12,807 bases of DNA from Octopus sinensis (lineage: Eukaryota): assembly GCF_006345805.1 (NCBI RefSeq), contig NW_021826435.1:1-12807 (forward strand). The letters are read 5' to 3'. Under the pieces are notes generated by a model that worked only from the letters and a program-made list of their open reading frames with translations, was not told where the DNA came from and made no database searches. Position numbers and translations under genes: made by a program. This document shows, in pieces, positions 1-9,071 of this stretch; within the stretch, counting starts at the first letter, position 1; every line of letters begins with the position of its first letter.

Positions 1-303
1 ATAGATAGATAGATACCAACTTATGCAAAAACAAAAACATATCTTTGACAGAAGGACCAGGAAATAATCGAGCAAGTTCGAAAGTCACCATTATACAGTG
101 GATATAGAGACAATGTAATTAACGCCCCAGCCTAAAAAAAGTGTAAAGTATGGTAGACATACGAATCTAATAGGAAATAACAGAAGTAAAGCCGGAAAAA
201 ATTTAGAGACGAGTGAAGAGAAAATATGTGTTATAAATCACTGTTAGAATATAAATATTCATTGTATATATATATGGAGACGATAAAATATAAAAAAGAA
301 ACA

Positions 304-990
304 AAATACCTTGAGAAAACAGATAGAGATGAAGAACAGTTTGTTTGACAAAAATCAATAACGAATTTCCAAAATATATTGAAGAAATAATAGAGAGGGA
401 ACACGCTATCCGGCAAGGTCCCACAGAATGGAAGGAAGTCGAAGCAAAAACTAATGCCAAATCAGATTCTTTGAGTCAAAAACAGAAAGAAAACGTCCTA
501 TATTTGCTGCAAAAACCAATGCAGGGTCACAAACAGTTTCAAAAATTATATTGTAAAATAAGTAAAGAAACGAAGAAGAGTTCATGCAATCACTACAGTG
601 AGACAGATGACCACATCATCTCCGGCCAGTCCTTGCCAAGTCCGAATATATACACAGACAGGATTTTAACGGCAGCTGTGCCGACTGCGCAATATGCCAA
701 CGAATGAATACGGAAAACGGACAAGAAACGGCTTCAGCGAGTAAGAAATGGAACAAATGATGACGATCTCGCAACAATCAATTTATCGAAGAGGACAAGG
801 TGATCACGGCATCGATGAGAAATAATAATCAAGATTGGAAGGAAAAAAAAAAGGTACGTTCATGCTTGAAAAACACCGTGATCCGCATCAGGCAAAGCAT
901 TGCAAGAAAAGAAAAATTGAAGGAATCGGCAAAATATAAGGATCTCAAAACGGGATTTGAGTGATAAACGTGGAAATGCAAACAGTTACA
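304..990 (+). mobile_element. Degenerate 3' fragment of an R4/Dong-like (RLE-type) non-LTR retrotransposon ORF, frameshifted and stop-interrupted
   Basis: Manual translation across frameshifts gives collinear motifs matching my recollection of R4/Dong C-terminal regions: KYLEKTD..QFV (304-345), PTE..K..AK..L.Q, IFAA (500-511), C-NHYS-ETDDHIISG (585-626), then PVLAKSEYIHRQD in another frame (626-664; zinc knuckle CxxC..ETxDHIISGCPVLAxxEYxxRHD). Further motifs are DKVITA (794-811), III[K]DWKEK (822-847), KYKDL (932-946) and WK[M]QTVT (971-990). The + strand is A-rich, and the element may extend upstream to about 15. No database alignment was run. Confidence 0.72.
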
Positions 991-1129
991 AGTGTAAAAT
1001 TAATTATGATAATGAGAAATTAAGAAGAAAATAGAATTTAAACTATTCTTATGTTCACAACGTGACACACTATCCACATACATTAATATCTATATCTCAC
1101 GGTTGAATACGTCACTTACGCTATCACAA

Positions 1130-1201
1130 TCACACACACATAGACACAGACACAGACACACACATAGACACAGACACAAACACACACTCATACATAGACA
1201 G
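1130..1201. repeat. Compound (CA)n/(GACACA)n microsatellite
   Basis: Directly visible: CACACACACATAGACACAGACACAGACAC... Confidence 0.9.
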
Positions 1202-1372
1202 ATGTACCTTGCTTTTTTACCACTTAAACAAATACACAGACAACAACTACCAGATATAATGCACTTGCAATAACAGGATACATATGAAGTTGACCATATT
1301 ATTGTGGGCAAAAACCTTCATTGCAGAAACTATACCCAACTTTAGCATGCTTTATCCGGTTGAGATTGATTA

Positions 1373-1394
1373 TACATATATATATATGTGTGGT

Positions 1395-1430
<36 letters not shown>
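1373..1430. repeat. Interrupted (TA)n microsatellite
   Basis: Directly visible. Confidence 0.95.
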
Positions 1431-1504
1431 CGGTTAAGTAATTGAGATTCAAGTGAATTCTAATGAATTCACATGAATATGGTCCTTCGTTGGCTGCTTT
1501 TTTT

Positions 1505-1507
<3 letters not shown>

Positions 1508-1565
<58 letters not shown>

Positions 1566-1570
1566 TTATA

Positions 1571-1605
<35 letters not shown>

Positions 1606-1618
1606 CTATATATATATA
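1508..1618. repeat. (TA)n microsatellite, about 110 bp
   Basis: Directly visible. Confidence 0.97.
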
Positions 1619-1654
1619 GATAATCAAGATAAGCAACAAGGATATCCAAGGTAG

Positions 1655-1742
1655 TGTAGTCCGATTATTTCTGCTACTTTATTTTATTAAACACTGTAAG
1701 ATTAACATCATAGTTTTAAATGTCGAGCAATCTTCAGCCACA
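1655..1742 (-). ncRNA. Degenerate type I hammerhead-ribozyme-like motif
   Basis: The minus strand reads TGTGG-CTGAAGA-T-TGCT...AGCA-GAAA-TAATCG-G-A-CTACA. Helix I TGTGG/CTACA gives 5 bp (one G.U), the core is at 1737-1731, and helix II is closed by TGCT/AGCA around a 59-nt insert. GAAA is at 1671-1668. Positions 15.2 and 16.1 are non-canonical, so it is probably inactive. Confidence 0.55.
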
Positions 1743-2084
1743 TAATTAGAATTTTTTAATTAAACGTACAATGCACATTCCTTATACTTATATCATATAT
1801 ATATGTATAGATATGTTCTATAATTTATACATGTATTATGCAGAGATATGTGAGGTATAAGTTATCAAGGTCAAATGTTATGATTTTTCGGCGGTTGTGT
1901 TTTGCTGATGCCCTTGTTTTGTTGTTCACATGAATTGAATTCTAAGTTCCGTTTTCTGATTGGTAGATCCATTTGACGATATTCTGTCTTGACACAGTCG
2001 TTCTATTCAATATCGATCCATCGATAGCTTGACTGCTTGATTGATAAAGTGAATAAGTGATTGATTAATCAATACATCTACGCG

Positions 2085-2379
2085 TATATATATAAATACA
2101 TATACAAACACACACACCATATATATATATGTATATATATAGATATATATATATATCTATATATATATATATATAGATATATATAAACACACTATATATC
2201 ATATATATGTATATAGAGAGATGTGTATGTACATGTATTATGTATTATATATATATATATGAGTTTGTGTGTGTATATATACATACATACATATATACAT
2301 ATATAAGAATACATATATGTGTGTATGTATGTATATATGTATATATACATGTATATATCTATATCTATATATATATATA

Positions 2380-2410
<31 letters not shown>

Positions 2411-2460
2411 ATGTATGTATGTATGTATGTATGTATGTATGTATATTTATGTATATATAC
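2085..2460. repeat. Compound (TA)n/(CA)n/(GTAT)n microsatellite block
   Basis: Directly visible; near-perfect (GTAT)n at about 2393-2444. Confidence 0.95.
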
Positions 2461-2934
2461 ATATGGAAAGTGGCAAAGTGGCAACCTATGCGATCGATCA
2501 TAAAAAAACAATAGACAGTATAGATTTATTAATCGATCCGTTGATTCGTATAAGTTTGGTAAGACAAGGTCATCATATCGATCGATGGAATCACGTTCAT
2601 CGTAATTTTCGGAGTCAATCAAGAGCGAAAGAGGTATTCATATACAATCAGTCGGGGTCACATAAAGCGTGAGAGATCATATGCATCACGTGATAAGGTT
2701 TTGTTTTGCTGTTGTTGTTGTTGTTGTTGCTGTTGATTCGAGCTTTATGTATTTTTGTATAATCGATTGTGTTTTTTTGTTACCAATCAAGGAACCATAT
2801 AGCGACATCATAAACGAACACAGACCAAGTATATGGAGCGCAATGTATTGATCTGTAGATCACGTGTTGCATGTATTGGCATGTCGTTAACGATCAGGGC
2901 AATTCTCATCACCAAATCAACAATTTTTTCAACA

Positions 2935-3077
2935 CACTCATATATCCACACACACACACGCACACACAACACACACACAAACACACATATATATATATAT
3001 TTATGTACCCACATACATAATATGCATGTACATACATTCAATACACCCACACATATATTTATATATATATATATATA

Positions 3078-3113
<36 letters not shown>

Positions 3114-3146
3114 CTATATACATATGCGTGTATATATATATATATG
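2935..3146. repeat. Compound (CA)n/(TA)n microsatellite block
   Basis: Directly visible. Confidence 0.93.
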
Positions 3147-3265
3147 ATTACATCAGCTACAATAACATGTTTTTTTAAATTTTAAATATTTTAATGAATT
3201 ATAATATATGGAGATAAAAAAAATTGTTATATTTTAAAAAATGCAAGGACAATTACCGCACAAGT

Positions 3266-3342
3266 ATGATGATGATGATGATGATGATGATGATGTAATT
3301 GATGATGATGATGATGATGATGTAGATGATGATGATGACGAC

Positions 3343-3377
<35 letters not shown>

Positions 3378-3390
3378 CGATGATGATGAT
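3266..3390. repeat. (GAT)n microsatellite
   Basis: Directly visible, with a few GAC variants. Confidence 0.97.
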
Positions 3391-3598
3391 AAGCATAAAT
3401 ACTAAACAAATATTAAATCACTCATAACGTTAATAATAACTATAGTAAATGCGTATGGTTAATGACAGTAATCAACATTATTAGCATTTTTATAAAGATT
3501 ATTATCAGTAGTCGTTTAGTAGTAGTAGTAGTAGTAGCAGCAGTAGTAGTGGTGGTTGTGGTGGTTTCTGTGGTAGCTTTAACAATAAATTATATTCA

Positions 3599-3675
3599 AA
3601 ATAATAATAACAACAACAATAACAATAATAATAATAACCATAATAATAATAATGATAATAATAATAATAATAATG

Positions 3676-3721
<46 letters not shown>

Positions 3722-3828
3722 TGATGATGATAATAATAATAATAATAATGATGATAATATTAATAATAATAATGATAATAATAATGATAATAATAATAAT
3801 AATAATAATAAATAATAGTAATAATAAT
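3599..3828. repeat. (AAT)n microsatellite with GAT/AAC variants
   Basis: Directly visible. Confidence 0.97.
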
Positions 3829-3883
3829 TTTCTAAATATGAAGTAATACAAATAATGTACAATATAGTCATATAATTATGAAT

Positions 3884-4054
3884 ATAGTTGTTATTATTTG
3901 TATTATTATAATAATTGTTGTTATCATTATTATTATTGTGGTTGTTACATCTATCATAATTATGACTATTGACATTGGTGTTGTTATTATTATTATTATC
4001 ATCATTATTATTATTATCAATGTCATTATTATTATTGTTACTACTACTATATTA

Positions 4055-4150
<96 letters not shown>
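3884..4150. repeat. (ATT)n microsatellite, degenerate at the 5' end
   Basis: Directly visible. Confidence 0.95.
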
Positions 4151-4152
<2 letters not shown>

Positions 4153-4497
4153 AGCATTGCTGTTATCAAGGTCGTTGTCACCGTTATTATCATTCTCATA
4201 ATGATCATGGTCAGTGTTACAGTGTTTGATAATGCTCTTTTTATGATAGGATATTGCAAGTAATATAGACTGTCAAAAAACAAAGCCAGCCTGCGAAAGG
4301 CATGCTCACCACCACATCATCTCACATATAAAGTAAAATCATACACGTCCTGTTTACTTTTCTCGATATCATCTTCATTATCAACATTTCATTTTTCTGT
4401 TGTTTTTTTTTTCCACTATTAATATTACTTACCGTAATCATTATTATTATTATTAGTAGTAGTAGTAGTATTAGTATTATTATTACTACCATTACTT

Positions 4498-4709
4498 AAG
4501 GCGGCAAGCTGACAGAATCGTTAGCTTAGCCCGGCAAAATGCCTAGCAATATTTCGTCCGTCTTTTTACCTTTTGAATTCACATTCCGCCGAGGTTGACT
4601 TTGCCTTTCATCCTTCCGGGGTCGATAAAACAAATACCAGTTGAATACTGGGGTCGTTATAATCGACTTACCCCTTCCCTCGAAACTTGCTGGCCTTGTG
4701 CCAAAATTA
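4498..4709 (+). mobile_element. Near full-length tRNA-derived SINE (family A; octopus-type, with a Meta-like central domain)
   Basis: 5' AAGGCGGCAAGCTGACAGAATCGTTAGC (A-box-like), degenerate B box TGAATTCACATTCC, central GAGGTTGACTTTGCCTTTCATCCTTCCGGGGTCGATAAAA and 3' CTGGGGTCG..AATCGACTTACCCC..CTGGCCTTGTGCCAAAATT, then an (ATT)n tail. It aligns by eye to other copies in the window (10583, 11799, 12398). The family name is from recollection only. Confidence 0.88.
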
Positions 4710-4729
4710 TTTTTTTTTATTCATTCATT

Positions 4730-4847
4730 TTTATTAGTAGTAGTATCATTATCTCAATTATTATTATTATTATTAATTTATTATTGTTATTATTATTATT
4801 GTTATCATCATTATTATTATTGTTGTTGTTGTTGTTATTATTATTAC
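4730..4847. repeat. (ATT)n/(GTT)n tract (SINE tail or host microsatellite)
   Basis: Directly visible. Confidence 0.9.
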
Positions 4848-5281
4848 ATGAACAGTGTATGATAATATTGGTAGTAATCATGGTAAAAACGGTAAAAATT
4901 AATGAATATACTCGTAATTATAACGACCATGAAGACGAGGTAATATTAAGGAGCTATGTTAATGATGATGATGATGATAAGTATCATGATGAGGAGAAGA
5001 AGGAGGTGGAAGAGGGGGAGGAAAGCATTTGCTTCGGTGGAATAAGTTGTGTTGAAATTTACTTGTGTAACATCAGCAAAGTATAGCATTCATGGTGTTC
5101 TTGATTGCGAGAATGATGATGATGATGTTGTTGGTGACATCGACGACGACAATGACGATGATGATGATGATAATGATGAGTTTGATGACGGTAAAGAAGA
5201 ATTTGTCGATTAAGCATATAGCAACATCAGAGCTTAGTTGATGACGATGATTATAAAAGTGAAGGTGAAGAAGAGGTTTTG

Positions 5282-5462
5282 ACAATAACAACAACAACAG
5301 CAACAACAAAATCAATAATAATAATAATAATAATGATAATAATAATAATAATAATAATTATTATTATTATTATAATAATAATAATAATGATAATAATAAT
5401 AATAATAATTATAATAATAAAAATAATTATTATTATTATTATTGTTATAATAATAATAATAA
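5282..5462. repeat. (AAC)n then alternating (AAT)n/(ATT)n tracts
   Basis: Directly visible; contains a 32-bp perfect palindrome at 5342-5373. Confidence 0.95.
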
Positions 5463-5520
5463 CGGTGCTGCTGATGGGAAGATGGGGAAGGGGAGATGGT
5501 TGTGGCTGAGTAAGATTTGT

Positions 5521-5562
5521 GGAGGAAGAGGTGTAAGAGGTGGAGGAAGAGGAGTAAGAGGT
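5521..5562. repeat. 21-bp tandem duplication in a purine-rich tract
   Basis: GGAGGAAGAGGTGTAAGAGGT followed by GGAGGAAGAGGAGTAAGAGGT (1 mismatch). Confidence 0.85.
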
Positions 5563-5603
5563 GGAGGGAAAGGAAGAAGTGTGAGGGTATTGATATTCGT
5601 GGC

Positions 5604-5662
5604 GATGATGATAACGACGATGACATAATAATGACGATGATGGTGAGGATGATGATGATGAT

Positions 5663-5701
<39 letters not shown>

Positions 5702-5727
5702 CGATGATGATGACGACGACGACGATG
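5604..5727. repeat. (GAT)n/(GAC)n microsatellite
   Basis: Directly visible. Confidence 0.95.
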
Positions 5728-5954
5728 CAAATGACTGCTTCGTCAACTCAAATACTTTAATATTTTCGCTGTGTCCGTCCTCTGACAAATATATCCTCTT
5801 CACATAAAGCTAATTTTTGAATAAAACGTTTCTTAGAAAGAAAGAAAGAAAGACATGAGGAAAGAAAATAAGGCAAAGAATGGAAAGGAGAAGGCGAAAG
5901 TGAGTGTAAAAGTATAAGAATGACGCATTGTCAAATGTGTATTAGACGCACATA

Positions 5955-6158
5955 AACATACTCACACATTTATATACATACATATATATATATATATATA
6001 TAATATTTACATACATATGTATATCTTTAATAGATATATAGATATGTATATATTCATGCATATCTATGTATATGTATATGTATATATATATATATATGTA
6101 TATATACACACATATATATATACATATATACATATGTATATGTATAATAGAAATATAC

Positions 6159-6192
<34 letters not shown>

Positions 6193-6243
6193 TCACGTAT
6201 GTATATATATATACATATATATATGTATATATATATACATATG

Positions 6244-6277
<34 letters not shown>

Positions 6278-6342
6278 TGTATGTATGTATGTATGTATGT
6301 ATGTATGTATGTATGTATGAATTATGTATATATGTATGTATG
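5955..6342. repeat. Compound (TA)n/(CATA)n/(GTAT)n block
   Basis: Directly visible; perfect (GTAT)n at about 6250-6317. Confidence 0.95.
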
Positions 6343-6828
6343 GTAATAACGCGCCCATTTCGAATATATCACAATTTTTTATAAATTGTTGAACAAAGCT
6401 AAAATTATTATCATTTCGGTACAAAAATGCCATAGTCATAGGCCTAACGTATGACGAATATTTACAGCAGCAAACCAAAAAGAATTTATATGGCAATAAT
6501 TTTCCCTGCGTATGTCGTTTCCTAACAATCCAGCAATCTCACAGGTTTGCTGCGCCTTGCGTGGAATGAGGAATTAAACTTTTAATGGAATTATACATGG
6601 GTGGTGTTGTTAGATATGGCGCGTTTTGCGAATCAAAGCCTAATAAAGATCATCCTTTTCCAGTATCTAACAAGCCACTTTTCAACGCATGATGGCTCTC
6701 TCGTTCTCTCGTCTAAAATCTCCAGTGATATATACATATATGTGTGTGTGTGTACTGTAAATAAGAATGATTATAATTATAAGCTTAAAGTATGATCTGT
6801 AGAGATAGCTTATAAAATGATTTAATTG

Positions 6829-6930
<102 letters not shown>

Positions 6931-6981
6931 GTAATTTTCATATTTTTTATATTGTGATGTAATTCTTTGGTCTAACAATGT

Positions 6982-7076
6982 TTGCGGCTGAAGAGAGCTT
7001 TAAACCATCTTTTATATCAATTATACACTGATATAATAACGGATTGTTTATAAAGCTTGAAACACGTGCACCGCGA
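6982..7076 (+). ncRNA. Type I hammerhead-ribozyme motif (minimal palindromic helix III, long helix II; C at 16.1)
   Basis: Helix I is TTGCGG (6982-6987) with CCGCGA (7071-7076), and the core CTGAAGA is at 6988-6994. Helix II is a rod at 6995-7058: GAGCTTTA/TAAAGCTT, ATCT/GGAT and TTATATCA/TGATATAA with a 9-nt loop. GAAA is at 7059-7062, palindromic CACGTG at 7063-7068, the triplet is G-C-A, and the predicted scissile bond follows 7070. All elements are in the correct order and pair by inspection. Confidence 0.78.
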
Positions 7077-7284
7077 TATCCTTTGTATTCTTGTTTTTTT
7101 AATTTTATATTTGATATGTATATACAATATATATATATTATATATATATAATGCGCGCATGGGTGCTTTGTATGTGTAAATATTATTTTGGTCGTAGTCG
7201 CCTGAATTCGATCCCTTGTAAAGGAGGGCAAGTAACCAGCTTCAGGACAATCGTTTCTCACGTTTTCTAAGAAAGACACAGCAT

Positions 7285-7560
7285 ACATGCATATATGTAT
7301 ATATATATATATATGTATGTATGTGTGTATGTGTGTGCGTGTGTGTATGTCATATATATATATATATATATATACATATATATACATATATATATATATA
7401 GATGGATAGATAGATACATCTATATATATATATATATATATATACATACATATATATGTATATGTATATATATATATGTGTGTATATATATATGTATGTA
7501 TATATATGTATATATATACACTGACACACGCACCGCACGCACACACACACACACACACAC
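7285..7560. repeat. Compound (TA)n/(GT)n/(CA)n block
   Basis: Directly visible. Confidence 0.93.
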
Positions 7561-7937
7561 TGTAGTGACACATAGCACAATATTGTATACCGTGGTATCA
7601 TGTACAGGATTATAGCTCTAGTCCAGTTGTCCAGTATGATGATGTTCCAGCCAAAAGCATTTGGATAGAGATATAAAAACCTGCAGATTCTATTTCCACG
7701 TGTAAGACGTTCAATTAATTAATCTTGTCATCGTCGATATCGACGTAGAATCGATATATTTTTATATGTATATTTTTGTGAATTAGTTCATTACAACTGC
7801 CATAAATTCATCTCAACATATTTAGTCTCCTACTGACAAAAAAAATCCTTTTAATGTTATCATCACTGCTGTCATCACCCACGTTATTATCATAAACAAT
7901 CCTTAAAAAGAAAAAAAAAACAATATTTCATAACAAT

Positions 7938-8027
7938 AATAATGATAATAATAAAAATAATGATAATAATAAAAATAATGATAATAATAAAAATAATGAA
8001 AATAATAAAAATAATGATAATAATAAT
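7938..8027. repeat. 18-bp minisatellite x5 (ATAATGATAATAATAAAA) derived from (AAT)n
   Basis: ATG recurs at 7942, 7960, 7978, 7996 and 8014 (period 18). Confidence 0.92.
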
Positions 8028-8231
8028 GAAATGGAAAATATGTGGTGGGGAGGGTTATCCGTTTGTAAGTATCGATCCATGCATATGTGTGTATGTATGT
8101 TTGAATGCATATACACATATACACATACGCTGCCTAAATTTACATGTGTTCATATCAAGGTTTACACTGGTTCTGCCTCCTGAGAAGCAAAATATATGAA
8201 TCCTTTATTTGTCTGTACACACACACACAGA

Positions 8232-8386
<155 letters not shown>

Positions 8387-8479
8387 CCATGTGCGTATAT
8401 GTATATACATTTACGTATGTGTGAATGTACGCACGCGTTATATCTTTAAAAAAACATTGTTTTGTGCTTTTATCATTTG

Positions 8480-8594
8480 CACCAATGACTTTTTCTTGTA
8501 TTTTCGAATGAGTTCCTTTTAAGGCGTTTAGAAATTTAGACGGTTAAAGGCTTGGAATTCGCTTTTGGGTCTTCATATTCTCTTCAGATTGATG
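8480..8594 (-). ncRNA. Candidate type I hammerhead-like motif with an intact GUC triplet but disrupted helix III
   Basis: The minus strand reads CATCAAT-CTGAAGA-GAAT(AT)GA...CTCATTC-GAAA-ATACAAGAAAAA-GTC-ATTGGTG. Helix I has 7 bp (one G.U) and the G10.1-C11.1 pair is canonical. The helix II insert is 75 nt, and helix III cannot form. Confidence 0.38.
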
Positions 8595-8774
8595 TGATAC
8601 TGGCGTTTATTGCTGCCGATTTGTGTAGTTCGCAGGCTCAATATCTTAGTTATTAGTTATTAGTGCCGAATTTTATTTCAGTTTCGATCATTCAACGTTA
8701 GTCTATCGTCAGTCAAATGTATATTATTTTAAGCAGGCGTACGTTTATGTGTGATGGACCTGTTACATGAGTAT

Positions 8775-9028
8775 TTATTTGTTATGAGTAATGCTTCCAT
8801 TATTTATGTTCTTTATTTGCAACAAATTTTGTTGGATATAGACGAGCTGCTCACTAGTATTTCCTCTTAAGTTTTTTTTTTTAATATTGCTTGGTGTAGC
8901 GCACCGCAGTTACGCATTGCTGTATGTGCATGGTAAACCTGTAGAAAAGTGTCGTGAATGTATGGCCATGAAATCTTTCGGAGCCCGGCTTTCCCGTTTG
9001 CTATGGAATTTATCATATATGTATGCGC

Positions 9029-9071
<43 letters not shown>

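Noticed and set aside
345-707. 120-aa ORF as an intact gene
   Set aside because: It has no ATG start and its motifs continue in other frames, so it is better explained as a decayed retrotransposon fragment.
7246-7257. Minus-strand GAAACGATTGTC, a 3' half of a hammerhead
   Set aside because: There is no upstream CUGANGA or helix I partner, and an 8-fixed-base match can arise by chance in a window this size.
7670-7702. TATAAAA followed by an E-box as a promoter
   Set aside because: Such motifs are frequent in very AT-rich DNA, and there is no downstream gene evidence.
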